A DNA stretch of 60,034 bases from Pyrinomonadaceae bacterium (GCA_036375155.1 DASUSJ010000296.1:1-60034), one strand, 5' to 3'. Numbered from the stretch's first letter, positions 44,080 through 53,712 are shown. A program made the numbers and translations. Notes: a model not told the origin generated them from the letters alone.

Positions 44080-44357
44080 GAACGCACGGGGATCGCTGGG
44101 TGCGCGGCCGGTTTCAACGGGAACAACAAAGGTGAGATCGCGATCTTTCGACCCGGACCGGTGACTGGTGGATCAGAAGCTCCAACTTCGTCGTCAACCT
44201 CTTGCATTGGGGCCGAACAGCGATATGCCCGTGACCGCCGACTAGGGCAATAACGGTCGGACTACCCGGTTCATGTGGCATCTTTTACGTCTTTTGGCAG
44301 CACCGCAGGATCCCTGCATTCGTGTTCGGTCGGTCGACGGATCGAGTCGTCACCTAG
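44080..44357 (+). pseudogene. Degenerate remnant of the C-terminal part of an FG-GAP repeat gene, a paralog of 3251-4192
   Basis: Reading across at least 2 frameshifts and one in-frame stop gives GFNGNNKGEIAIFRPG / DWWIRSSNFVVNLLHWG / DMPVTAD*GNNGRT / GIFYVF...IPAFVFGRSTDRVVT*. The intact gene reads DFDGDGKGDLTIFRPSTGDWWWIRSSDNVVAVVHWGTNGDIAVPADYDGDGKTD...GIYYVN...FQAFVWGLPDDLPVLY*. DNA similarity to 3925-4192 is visible by eye. Confidence 0.6.
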
Positions 44358-44685
44358 CGATCAGGTCTCACAGCGGTCCTTCTGGGACGACCCGCGCTGG
44401 TCTCCATTCGCATCCGAAGCTCCGCCGTCCGTTTGTATTTCAAAGTCCACCGGACAGCGCAGAAAAGCGTCAGAGCCAATTGAGTGCTTGATGGTGTTTA
44501 TATGATGACGTATCATCGTTCATATCTAACGCACTGTCGCTTTCCGGCGATCGGATAGAAAGAAGTTAATTAGTAACCAGATTTCTTTAGCGCTGCTTTG
44601 CGTGCGGCCTCACGACCGCGGCAGTCGATCTATTGCAGGTGTGCCAGCCGCCGCACGTTAATTTTCAGGCTGGCAGAACTAATTA

Positions 44686-46437
44686 GTGCCAAAACCAAAG
44701 AACAACTCACAGCCGAAAAACGGCCCAACTTCGACCCTTCCGAAGGCCCCGACAGGGATCACCGGGCTTGATGAGATAACCGAGGGGGGCCTTCCTAAAG
44801 GGCGACCGACTCTTATATGCGGCAGCGCCGGCTGCGGCAAAACTCTCATGGCGATGGAATTCCTGGTCCGTGGGGCTGCCGACTTTAACGAGCCCGGGGT
44901 CTTTTTCGCGTTTGAGGAAATGCCTGAGGAACTGTCTCAAAACGTAATGTCCTTGGGGTTCGATCTTAAGAGTCTCGAGCGAAAGAAGAAACTTCATCTC
45001 GAATACGTCCACATCGAGCCCTCTGAGATGCAGGAAACCGGGGAATACGATCTCGAAGGTCTCTTCATCCGGCTGGGCTACGCGATCGATACGATCGGAG
45101 CAAAGCGGGTTGTTCTCGATACGATCGAGACTCTCTTTGGCGGCTTGTCCAACCAGGCGCTTCTCCGGGCGGAATTACGGAGACTTTTCCGCTGGCTAAA
45201 GGACCGCGGAGTCACGGCCGTCATTACCGGCGAACGCGGCGAAGGCACTTTAACTCGCCAGGGACTCGAAGAGTACGTATCCGACTGCGTGATACTCCTC
45301 GATCATCGCGTGATCGACCAGGTGTCGACGCGTCGGCTCCGCATTATCAAATACCGCGGCACCACGCATGGTACGAATGAATATCCGTTCCTGATCGATG
45401 AGCGCGGAATCGACGTGCTGCCCGTCACTTCACTCCGCCTCGACCACGAATCATCCGATGAGCGGGTCTCGACCGGGGTTCCGGAGCTCGATTCGATGCT
45501 AGACGGCGGCGTCTACCGGGGAAGTTCGGTGCTTATATCCGGCACCGCTGGAACCGGGAAATCGTCGCTTGCGGCCCACTTTGCAAGAGAATCCGCCGAA
45601 GCGGGAGAGCGGTGCCTGTACCTGGCGTTCGAAGAATCGCCGTCACAGATACGGCGAAATATGCGCTCGATCGGGATCGACCTCGGTCCCTGGGAAAGAA
45701 AGGGGCTGATCAGATTCGTCGCGGCGCGTCCCGTCCTTACTGGCCTCGAAGGCCACCTGGCAGCCATCCACAAGCAAGTGCGCGACTTTGACCCGAAGCT
45801 CGTCATCATTGATCCGATCAGCGACCTGAGCGCGGTCGGCAGCGAGCGGGATGCTAAGGCAATGATGGTTCGTCTGATCGATTTCCTAAAGACTAAGCAG
45901 ATCACGACGGTGCTGATAAATCTCCATAGCGGCGCAAATAATTTCGAACGTACCGACATCGGGATCTCGTCGCTCATCGACACGTGGATCTACCTTCGCG
46001 ATATCGAATCCGGCGGCGAGCGCAACCGCGGATTGTACGTCCTCAAGTCCCGCGGCACCGCGCATTCGAACCAAATACGCGAATTTCTTTTGACCAATAA
46101 AGGGATCGAACTGGTGCCAGCGTACATAGGGCCGGAGGGTGTTTTGACCGGATCAGCGAGGCTTACGCAGGAATCCCGGGACAGGGCTTCCGCTGTCGCA
46201 CAGGAGCAAGAGCTTCAGCGACAACGCCGTGCGATAGAGGGCCGGCGCAAATCGCTTGAGGCCCAGATCGAAGCATTGAGATCGGAGTTGGAAATTGCCG
46301 CTGCTGAAGAAAAACTCGTCCTCCGGCAGGACGAAGATCGGCAGACGCGAATAGCGGACGACCGTGACGCGATGGCCCGGAGTCGCAGGGCCGATCTTTC
46401 CAGTTCTAACGGAAAATCAAGAAGGAAACAGAAATGA
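44686..46437 (+). CDS. kaiC: Circadian clock protein KaiC homolog with an extended C-terminus (583 aa)
   Basis: It has two RecA-like halves. Walker A motifs are GSAGCGKT and GTAGTGKS, and the EE pairs are FAFEE and [16 protein letters not shown] aligns with the TDSHISTITDT phosphosite region. GTG is the only possible start after the in-frame TAA at 44680. Confidence 0.93.
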   Translation: MPKPKNNSQPKNGPTSTLPKAPTGITGLDEITEGGLPKGRPTLICGSAGCGKTLMAMEFLVRGAADFNEPGVFFAFEEMPEELSQNVMSLGFDLKSLERKKKLHLEYVHIEPSEMQETGEYDLEGLFIRLGYAIDTIGAKRVVLDTIETLFGGLSNQALLRAELRRLFRWLKDRGVTAVITGERGEGTLTRQGLEEYVSDCVILLDHRVIDQVSTRRLRIIKYRGTTHGTNEYPFLIDERGIDVLPVTSLRLDHESSDERVSTGVPELDSMLDGGVYRGSSVLISGTAGTGKSSLAAHFARESAEAGERCLYLAFEESPSQIRRNMRSIGIDLGPWERKGLIRFVAARPVLTGLEGHLAAIHKQVRDFDPKLVIIDPISDLSAVGSERDAKAMMVRLIDFLKTKQITTVLINLHSGANNFERTDIGISSLIDTWIYLRDIESGGERNRGLYVLKSRGTAHSNQIREFLLTNKGIELVPAYIGPEGVLTGSARLTQESRDRASAVAQEQELQRQRRAIEGRRKSLEAQIEALRSELEIAAAEEKLVLRQDEDRQTRIADDRDAMARSRRADLSSSNGKSRRKQK

Positions 46438-46766
46438 GCAGTAAAACGGATAGATCCTCATCTCGGGGGGCTTCGACGGCCTCCTCGAATCGCCGTGTCG
46501 AATTGCGGTTATATATCGCCGGGCAGACGCCAAAGTCTGTGGCGGCACTAAAGAACCTCAAGAGAATTTGCGAAGAGTACATGGCGGATACCTACGAGCT
46601 GAAAGTGATCGACTTACTCCAACATCCTCAACTCGCTCGGGGTGATCAGATCGTCGCCGTCCCGACTGTCGTTAAGAACCTGCCGGTTCCCATCCGTAAA
46701 CTTATCGGCGATCTGTCCGATACCGAGAGGGTTCTGGTTGGCCTCGATCTTCATCGGGCCGAATAG
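46434..46766 (+). CDS. kaiB: Circadian clock protein KaiB homolog
   Basis: The thioredoxin-like KaiB signature is [58 protein letters not shown]. Its ATG overlaps the kaiC TGA. Confidence 0.93.
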   Translation: MSSKTDRSSSRGASTASSNRRVELRLYIAGQTPKSVAALKNLKRICEEYMADTYELKVIDLLQHPQLARGDQIVAVPTVVKNLPVPIRKLIGDLSDTERVLVGLDLHRAE

Positions 46767-46769
46767 CAA

Positions 46770-48593
46770 ATGAGTGCCGTCCGCGAAAACGATCCAGATG
46801 AATCTTCGAATCGCTCTGGCAGCGACACGAACGACCGGCCGCATGATGAAGCCCACGAGATCGTTCGTGCTATTTCTACTGGCGAGGTCGATGCCGTAGT
46901 TGTTCAGGACGAGGGCGAACACCAGCTAATGGCTCTTGCTAAGCTGACGGACCTCGAGGAGATCCACGAATTGGTTCGCGCCGTGCGCAGGGGCGAGGTC
47001 GATGCTTTCATCGCCGACGAAGAAGGCGAGGAGCGAATCTATTCGGTAACACCCGTCCACCAGGCTCTTGCCCAGCAATACTCGCTAACCAAAGCCATCA
47101 CCGACAACGCGACGACCGCGTTGTTCATTCTGGACGAAAAGCAGCAGTGTGTGTTCATGAATCCGGCTGCCGAGCAGCTCACCGGGTACAGCCTCGACGA
47201 GGTGCGCGCTTCAAACCGCACGTTCCATGACCTGGTGCATCATTCGCGGGCCGATGGGACCGCGTTTCCTGAATCCGAGTGCCCCCTGAACACCGCGATC
47301 CCAACTCATGCCCAGGCCAAAGGCGAAGAAGTCTTTATTCATAAGAACGGGCATTTTTTCGATGTCGCATTCGCCGCCAGTCCCATCCATGACGCGAATG
47401 GCGACTCGGTCGGTACCGTTATCGAGCTTCGTGACATCACCCAGCGCAAACGCATCGAACGGGCACTGCGGGATGCAGACCAGCGAAAGGATGAGTTCAT
47501 AGCAACGCTGGCACATGAGCTCCGTAATCCGCTCGCTCCGATCTCAAACTTGCTCGCCCTGATGAAACAGTTCGAGAATGACCCGAAGATGATCCGCAAC
47601 GCCCGAGACACCATCGAGCGACAATTGAACAAAATGGTCCGTCTCGTCGATGACCTTTTAGATGTCAGCCGGATCACGCGCAATACGATCGAGCTGAAGC
47701 TTGAACCGGTCGAGCTAAAGTCGGCGATCAACGACGCGCTCGAGATGTGCCGGCCGATGATCGAACCGCTCGGCCACGCAGTCAGTGTCCGGCTGCCTAG
47801 CGAACCGGTTTATCTGAACGCGGATGCCGCGAGGATCTCGCAAGTGCTCGGGAACCTCATCAATAACGCATGTAAATTCACCCCGCAGGAAGGCCATATC
47901 GATATTTCCGCGGAACGTGTAAACGGCGAGGTCCATATCAAGGTCAAAGATGACGGTGTCGGGATCGCCAGCGAGCAGATCGGAAAGGTGTTCGACATGT
48001 TTACTCAGGTAGGATCGCCGGGTGACACGTTCGGCGGTCTGGGCATTGGACTGGCTCTGGCGAAACAGCTTATTGAAATGCATGGCGGATCGATCGAGGC
48101 AAGAAGCGACGGTGAATTGCGGGGAAGCGAATTTACCGTTCGTTTACCCATCATGAAAGACTCGGCTCCCGTAGCTGTAGAACGGTCCGCGACTCAGAAC
48201 GCAGCTCCCTCTGGCCGGCGGATCCTTGTCGTTGACGACAATTTTGACTCGGCCGAGAGCATGGCGATCCTGCTAAGGCTCTCCGGCAACGAATGTACGA
48301 TAGCCCATGACGGGCCCCAGTCTATCGAGCTAGCCGAGACGTTTCATCCGGACATTATTCTGCTGGATATCGGATTGCCGGGAATGGGCGGTCACGAAGT
48401 CTGTAGTTTTATTCGCAGTCAACAATGGGGCAAGGACATCTGGATAATGGCAATGACCGGGTGGGGACAAGCGGAAGACCGAAAACGCTCCAAGGAAGCT
48501 GGCTTCGATGCTCACCTTGTGAAGCCCGTCGATATCACGAAACTCTACGAATTGATAGAAGGAATTCCGCGGGCCGAAGATCGGTCGCGGTGA
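46770..48593 (+). CDS. PAS-domain hybrid sensor histidine kinase with a C-terminal receiver
   Basis: It starts 3 nt after the kaiB stop. An N-terminal motif is duplicated: HE(I/L)VRA..(T/R)GEVDA. A PAS domain follows. The H-box is FIATLAHELRNPLAP. HATPase motifs are DDGVGI and GGLGIGLALAKQLIEMHGG. The REC domain shows ILVVDDN...IILLDIGLPGMGG...HLVKP. Confidence 0.9.
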   Translation: MSAVRENDPDESSNRSGSDTNDRPHDEAHEIVRAISTGEVDAVVVQDEGEHQLMALAKLTDLEEIHELVRAVRRGEVDAFIADEEGEERIYSVTPVHQALAQQYSLTKAITDNATTALFILDEKQQCVFMNPAAEQLTGYSLDEVRASNRTFHDLVHHSRADGTAFPESECPLNTAIPTHAQAKGEEVFIHKNGHFFDVAFAASPIHDANGDSVGTVIELRDITQRKRIERALRDADQRKDEFIATLAHELRNPLAPISNLLALMKQFENDPKMIRNARDTIERQLNKMVRLVDDLLDVSRITRNTIELKLEPVELKSAINDALEMCRPMIEPLGHAVSVRLPSEPVYLNADAARISQVLGNLINNACKFTPQEGHIDISAERVNGEVHIKVKDDGVGIASEQIGKVFDMFTQVGSPGDTFGGLGIGLALAKQLIEMHGGSIEARSDGELRGSEFTVRLPIMKDSAPVAVERSATQNAAPSGRRILVVDDNFDSAESMAILLRLSGNECTIAHDGPQSIELAETFHPDIILLDIGLPGMGGHEVCSFIRSQQWGKDIWIMAMTGWGQAEDRKRSKEAGFDAHLVKPVDITKLYELIEGIPRAEDRSR

Positions 48594-49042
48594 CGCGGGG
48601 ACCGAGGGACGCTGTGCAATGAGATACTTCTAAAATCCAGAATCATCCGGGCATCTCAGCGCAAGGGGTCTTTTCATGTGTATCGCCTGACTTTTTAGGA
48701 TTCGAGCTTTCGGATAAACCTGACGGGGCTTGATCACACTCGGCAGCATCACGGTAGAAATCTCACACGCATGATCGATGGGCTTCGAAACTCTCTTCAA
48801 AAACTCGTATCAATGATCAATTAGATCTGCCTCTAGCACCAAGACGAGGTGCCGTTCCGCGCCTTCAGCGCACCACACTACAATACGCGATCAAAGCGAA
48901 ACGGGTGTATATTGTCAGTAGCAAGACCGTTAGTGCCCCCTCTTTCGTCATATTTTGACCTGTAGCGGTGTTTTGTTTGTATAACGTCGAATTTCACCCC
49001 GGGCGGTAAATCGAGATCATCTTCTCCCCGTCGGAGGTATCC

Positions 49043-49828
49043 ATGGTGCAGAGAGCTGTTATCGGATTTTTGCCTGTTTTGTTTTTCCTCTTGTCGATCG
49101 GGACGGCGAGCGCGCAGAACGTGTTTCCGACCCCGACGCCGACACCGACGCCAAAACCGTCGCCCACCGGGACACCCGGCCCGGCGCCCTGCCCGACCGT
49201 CAACGTACAAGCGCAACCGAGCCAACCGGTCCGCGACGGGCAGCGGGTTAGTTTTGCAGCAAATATCGCAGGCGGCGATCCGAAGGTAGTTCCGATGATC
49301 ATCTGGAACACGTCCGGCGGCTCGATCACGCAGGGACATAACACCCGCCGCATTGAAGTAGATACGACTGGCGCGGGCAGCACGGACTATCGGGAGGTAA
49401 AAGCCGACGTTTGGGTCGGTGGGTACGCACCCGAGTGCCTGCTGCAGGCGTCGGGAAGCGTGAAAATTATCGGGCCGGCAGTGAAGTTCGGCGAGTTTGG
49501 TGAAGTCGATGATCAGACTCTTCAAAAGAACATAGAAGCAGTGTCGACTTTTCTTTCGCAGTCACCCGACAACCTTTACTTGATCGCCTACGCCGGAAGG
49601 AACAGCGAGCGCGGTTTCGCTTACAACTGGCTCAAACGGCTGAAAGACGCGATCGTCGCGGCAGGCATATCGTCGAGACGAATCACCGGCGTCGATGGTG
49701 GATTTCGGGAAGAGCCGCTTTTCGATTTTTGGATCGTTCCGATAGGTGCAGAACCGCCGCGCCCCGCCCCGACGGTCAAGCGAAGCGAGATCGTCTACCC
49801 GAACACTCGTCCTCCAAGAAGACCTTAA
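49043..49828 (+). CDS. Secreted protein with a Pro/Thr-rich linker. The C-terminal region is loosely OmpA_C-like.
   Basis: GGAGGT lies upstream and a signal peptide is present. The linker is PTPTPTPTPKPSPTGTPGPAP. The C-terminus reads LYLIAYAGRNSERGFAYNWLKRLKDAIVAAGISSRRI. The family label is tentative. Confidence 0.7.
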   Translation: MVQRAVIGFLPVLFFLLSIGTASAQNVFPTPTPTPTPKPSPTGTPGPAPCPTVNVQAQPSQPVRDGQRVSFAANIAGGDPKVVPMIIWNTSGGSITQGHNTRRIEVDTTGAGSTDYREVKADVWVGGYAPECLLQASGSVKIIGPAVKFGEFGEVDDQTLQKNIEAVSTFLSQSPDNLYLIAYAGRNSERGFAYNWLKRLKDAIVAAGISSRRITGVDGGFREEPLFDFWIVPIGAEPPRPAPTVKRSEIVYPNTRPPRRP

Positions 49829-49903
49829 GGGTCTCCGCAAACCGACTTCTGGACCGCCCGTGCGCTGCAGTTGCTGCTACGATGGACGGGCTCGTCGGAT
49901 GTT

Positions 49904-50137
49904 ATGAAAAAAGTATCGATACATTACTGCTCGGTTTGACCGGTCAAGAAGATGATGGCTTCCCGTGTGGCGGCCCAGCTAAGTAAAGAGAATGACGTCG
50001 AGACGGAGACGGTCCGCGGTGGACTCGGAGAGTTCAGCGTGTACATCGACGAACGTAAGGTCATCGATACCAATCGTCTGTGGTACCCGCTCCCGAGCAA
50101 CATCATCAAACGCGTGCAGGCGCTGCTAGCGAAATAG
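49904..50137 (+). CDS. SelW/Rdx-family protein candidate with in-frame TGA (Sec) in a CxxU motif (77 aa)
   Basis: The ORF track starts at 49952. The same frame is open upstream from the ATG at 49904, apart from a TGA at 49937-49939. The full reading is MKKVSIHYCSV[U]PVKKMMASRVAAQLSKENDVETETVRGGLGEFSVYIDERKVIDTNRLWYPLPSNIIKRVQALLAK. That matches the Rdx pattern IxYCxxC/U...A..L..eL...V.L.pG..G.F.V.vd..lv....FP....i. Confidence 0.5.
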
Positions 50138-50378
50138 AAAACAGGATCGGTCCGATACCCGAGGAATAGTTAACATGCAGACCTTCTCAAATGAGATGGA
50201 TGCGAGCATGGCTCAATAGATTCTCCAACAATCTGACATCGGCAGCTTCATACCCGCGGACGGTGCCGCCAGTATGGAATCTTGGCTTCAACTTTCCATA
50301 GGCGTCCAGCTGATGGTAAGTGGCGCTGACGCCGAACCGGACATTGAGATACCTGGAGGTTCCGGTATTTGATCCAAA

Positions 50379-50446
50379 CCGGCGCAAAAAAGCCGGCTGT
50401 CGAGGGGATTGACGGCCGGTTGAATGTCGAATAAAACGTATTCGAC
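50379..50446 (-). terminator. Terminator region of the fasciclin gene (two hairpins, T-run)
   Basis: On the minus strand, gtcgaata-cgttt-tattcgac forms an 8-bp stem right after the stop codon. ccggcc...gccggc follows, then tttttt. Confidence 0.5.
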
Positions 50447-50450
50447 CGTC

Positions 50451-51035
50451 TTAGTTGTCTTTGGATGTCGCGGGCGGCGGAACGATCGACAGGCTTGCAC
50501 CTGCCGACGCGGGAGAAAGCTCTGGGGCCACGGCATCTTTCGTGCTTGGAACCGCCGAGAAGAGACTTGTGCCGCTCGGCGTCGCCGCTGCGGCGATCGG
50601 AGCGGGAGTCAGCGTCTGCATTTTAGAGGGCGTCAGAATGGTGTCGACCGCATGGACTACGCCATTCGTCGCTTCCATATTTCTCGCCTGCACCGAAGCT
50701 CCGTTCACTTTTATCCCGTTGGATTCGGTAAAGGTTAGTTCGTCACCGGTGAGGGTCTGTCTCGTGGGCGCCGCGGTCAGACTAGCCGCCATCACCTTGC
50801 CCGGCAGGATGTGGTACGAGAGAAGTGACTTAAGTTTTGCCTGTCCAGTCTCGTTCACAAGCTCGTTTATCTTCGCTTCGGGTATCTTCGCGAATGCATC
50901 GTTCGTCGGCGCTAACACAGTAAACTGTCCTTCGCTGAAGATCTCGGTCGAACCGGACGACTTCAAAAGCCGGGTAAAGGTTGAAAACTTGTCATGCTGC
51001 GCAATTGTATCGATAAGGTTTGATCTGTCGGACAT
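50451..51035 (-). CDS. Fasciclin (FAS1) domain protein
   Basis: AAGGAG lies upstream. FAS1 motifs are FTVLAPTNDAFAKIP, LSYHILPGKV and NGVVHAVDTIL. The tail is Ala/Pro/Ser-rich. Confidence 0.9.
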   Translation of the reverse strand: MSDRSNLIDTIAQHDKFSTFTRLLKSSGSTEIFSEGQFTVLAPTNDAFAKIPEAKINELVNETGQAKLKSLLSYHILPGKVMAASLTAAPTRQTLTGDELTFTESNGIKVNGASVQARNMEATNGVVHAVDTILTPSKMQTLTPAPIAAAATPSGTSLFSAVPSTKDAVAPELSPASAGASLSIVPPPATSKDN

Positions 51036-51375
51036 ATGAACACTCCTTTCCCAAACAGTCGGGGCAGGTCGCCTGGAGACTGTTAAGAATGATCCAGGGC
51101 AGGTGGCCGTGGAACGCTGAATGGGCTGCTGAGTCAGGGTTATCCGACGTATTCGGGTAGGCTGAAAAGCGAGTAAGCTAGCTCGATTCGTCTCTGAGTA
51201 TGCTCTCTATCCGTCGAGATAGCAATCGGCACTATCAACTATGTCCGGTCGTTGCCCACGCCATTCACCACTCACCGTTCAGTATTCACCGATAATTCGC
51301 CTTGCCTTCAAACACGCTTCTCCGCTAGACTAGGCGTCACCCTTCCATCAGAAAGACAACACGGAGGTAGCCAGC

Positions 51376-53595
51376 TTGCTAGGCAGAACCGTCTCGCATT
51401 ACCACATCACTTCGCAGATCGGCGAGGGCGGCATGGGTGTCGTCTACGAAGCCGAGGATACCAATCTTGGCCGGCATGTTGCGCTGAAGTTCCTCACACC
51501 CGCAATGGCCGGGGACGAGAACCTGCTTCAACGATTTCAGCGAGAGGCTCGGGCGGCTTCGGCTCTTAACCATCCCAATATTTGTACCATTCACGGAATC
51601 GAGCAGCATGGATCGGAGCATTTTATTGTCATGGAGCTTCTCGAAGGCGAGTCGCTCGCCGACCGTATTCGCCGGGGCGCTCTGGACATCGACACGGTTT
51701 TGAAGCTCGGCGTCCAGATAGTAGACGCGCTCGAGTCAGCTCACTCAAAAGGCATCGTCCACCGCGATCTGAAACCGGCGAATATCTTCGTCACGTCCCG
51801 GGGGCAAGCGAAGATCCTCGATTTCGGCCTCGCGAAGATCGAGCAGCGTCAGAAAAAGGAGGCGGCTTCAATGCTGCCGACCGCACGGCTAGATAATCTT
51901 TCGACCGCCGGCTCGACGATGGGAACAGTTGCTTACATGTCGCCTGAGCAGGCGCGCGGCGAAGTGATCGACTCGCGCACGGACATCTTTTCGATCGGCA
52001 CGGTGCTATACGAAATGGTGACCGGCACGATGCCGTTCCAGGGTGAGACGTCGGCGGTCGTATTCGACGCTATCCTGAATCGACAGCCGCCGCCGCTTAG
52101 TCAGGTCAATCCGTCGTTGCCGGCCGAGCTTGGAAGGATCATTGAGCAGGCCCTCGAAAAGGACCGGGACCTCAGATACCAAAATGCGACCGATCTCAAG
52201 ACCGCACTGAAGCGTCTGAAACGGGACCTGGATTCGGGCAAGCATACTAGCGAGTCGAGTATCCACAGCAGTCGCACGCCCTCGCAGCTGACGCATGAGC
52301 ATTCGATCGCCGTTCTGTACTTCGAGAATCTCAGTGGAATGAAAGAGGATGAGTACCTCCGCGACGGAATTACAGAGGACATCACGACCGAATTGTCGAA
52401 AATAAAACGTCTGAAAACTTTTTCGCGTGCGATGGTTCTCGCGTATCGCGACAAACCCGTCACGGCCGGCCAGGTTGGTAAGGAGCTGGGCGCGTCGTAC
52501 GTGCTAACAGGAAGCCTCCGACGCGCAGGCTCGCGATTGCGGATAAACGCGCAGCTCGTCGATGCCACGACCGACTTCCCTCTTTGGTCCGAGCGGTATG
52601 ATCGGGAGATGCAGGATGTTTTCGAGGTTCAGGATGAGATCGCTCAGAAGATCGCGGCTGCCTTGCGTATTACGCTCTCGCCGCAGGAACAGAAAGCCCT
52701 CTCGGCAAAGCCGACAGAGAACCTGCAGGCCTATGACCTTTACTTGCGGGGAAGGAATTATGCGCGGCGCGTTGGCCGGCAGGATATGCAGTTTGCGCTG
52801 CAGATGTACGAGAACGCGGTGGCACTGGACCCGGAATTCGCCGTGGCTCACGCGGCAGTCGCAAACGTATGCGCTCAGTTCTATTACTATTTTGAACGCC
52901 AGCAGCAATGGATCGACCGGGCGATCGCCGCGACACGTAAGGCCAGCTCCGTAGGCCAGGACGCTCCGGAGATAACATGTGCCGAAGCGTGGCTCGAGTT
53001 TGCAGAGGGCCGATACGATTCCGCTGTCGAGAAGATCCGGTCGGCACTCATGCGCGATCCCGATATTGATGGTGGTTACCATTTGCTCGGGCGAGCTCTT
53101 TTCGAGTCGGGTCGCTATCAGGAAGTGGTCGACATGATGGAGGACGCCCTGGCTCATGCGGGCGAGAATTACAACACGACGATTCCGATACACAACGCGC
53201 TTGGTGCGCTGGGCAAGAAGGAAGCGCTCAAAAACTACACGTTCCGCGAGATCGCGATCTTCGAAGAACAATTGAAGAAAGCGCCGGAGGATGCCCGGGC
53301 CCGTGTCTTGTTGGCCGGCAACTATGCCGAGCAGAACCGTATGGAAGAAGCGAAACGTGAAGTAGATCTCGCGATGGCATTGCGACCGGATGACACGATG
53401 ATCCTTTACAACAGCGCCTGCGTTTTCTGCCAGATGGACAATCCAGCCGATGCGATGAGAGCGCTCAGGAAGGCATGGGAGGCGGGCTATCGCAACCCCG
53501 TCTGGACGCGCAAAGATCCTGACCTCATGCCCCTCCACGGCAACCCGGAGTTCGAAGAACTATATCCGGCCGCGAGCGAAAGCATGGCCGGATAG
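51376..53595 (+). CDS. Ser/Thr protein kinase with a periplasmic TolB-N-like module and TPR repeats
   Basis: GGAGGT lies 7 nt before the TTG start. Kinase motifs are GEGGMGVVYEA, HRDLKPANIF, DFGLA and YMSPEQ. The periplasmic module is IAVLYFENLS...LGASYVLTGSLRRAGSRLRINAQLVDATTDFPLW. TPRs follow. Confidence 0.9.
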   Translation: MLGRTVSHYHITSQIGEGGMGVVYEAEDTNLGRHVALKFLTPAMAGDENLLQRFQREARAASALNHPNICTIHGIEQHGSEHFIVMELLEGESLADRIRRGALDIDTVLKLGVQIVDALESAHSKGIVHRDLKPANIFVTSRGQAKILDFGLAKIEQRQKKEAASMLPTARLDNLSTAGSTMGTVAYMSPEQARGEVIDSRTDIFSIGTVLYEMVTGTMPFQGETSAVVFDAILNRQPPPLSQVNPSLPAELGRIIEQALEKDRDLRYQNATDLKTALKRLKRDLDSGKHTSESSIHSSRTPSQLTHEHSIAVLYFENLSGMKEDEYLRDGITEDITTELSKIKRLKTFSRAMVLAYRDKPVTAGQVGKELGASYVLTGSLRRAGSRLRINAQLVDATTDFPLWSERYDREMQDVFEVQDEIAQKIAAALRITLSPQEQKALSAKPTENLQAYDLYLRGRNYARRVGRQDMQFALQMYENAVALDPEFAVAHAAVANVCAQFYYYFERQQQWIDRAIAATRKASSVGQDAPEITCAEAWLEFAEGRYDSAVEKIRSALMRDPDIDGGYHLLGRALFESGRYQEVVDMMEDALAHAGENYNTTIPIHNALGALGKKEALKNYTFREIAIFEEQLKKAPEDARARVLLAGNYAEQNRMEEAKREVDLAMALRPDDTMILYNSACVFCQMDNPADAMRALRKAWEAGYRNPVWTRKDPDLMPLHGNPEFEELYPAASESMAG

Positions 53596-53712
53596 GATCT
53601 CTCGCCTTATCCGTTCCCGGTTGCTTCTGCCGACTCCGTTCACAGAGACTACTGCTCTACGTTTTTCTCGATCCGATTGCCCGGCGTTTTTCGCGTTTGA
53701 AAGCGGGAAACC

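Noticed and set aside
43920-44207. A 95-aa minus-strand ORF and the plus-strand ORFs at 44273-44505
   Set aside because: The region is better explained as a decayed FG-GAP gene fragment read in shifting plus-strand frames.
44625-44650. Sigma-54-type TGGCAC element near kaiC
   Set aside because: It lies on the minus strand, pointing away from kaiC. The GG-GC spacing is 3 nt too short for the -24/-12 consensus.
48878-49525. A 215-aa minus-strand ORF overlapping the 49043 gene
   Set aside because: The product is Arg-rich and low-complexity with no RBS. The plus-strand gene has an RBS and a signal peptide.
50187-50387. A 66-aa minus-strand ORF downstream of the fasciclin gene
   Set aside because: It overlaps the terminator hairpins, has no RBS, and I recognise no motif.
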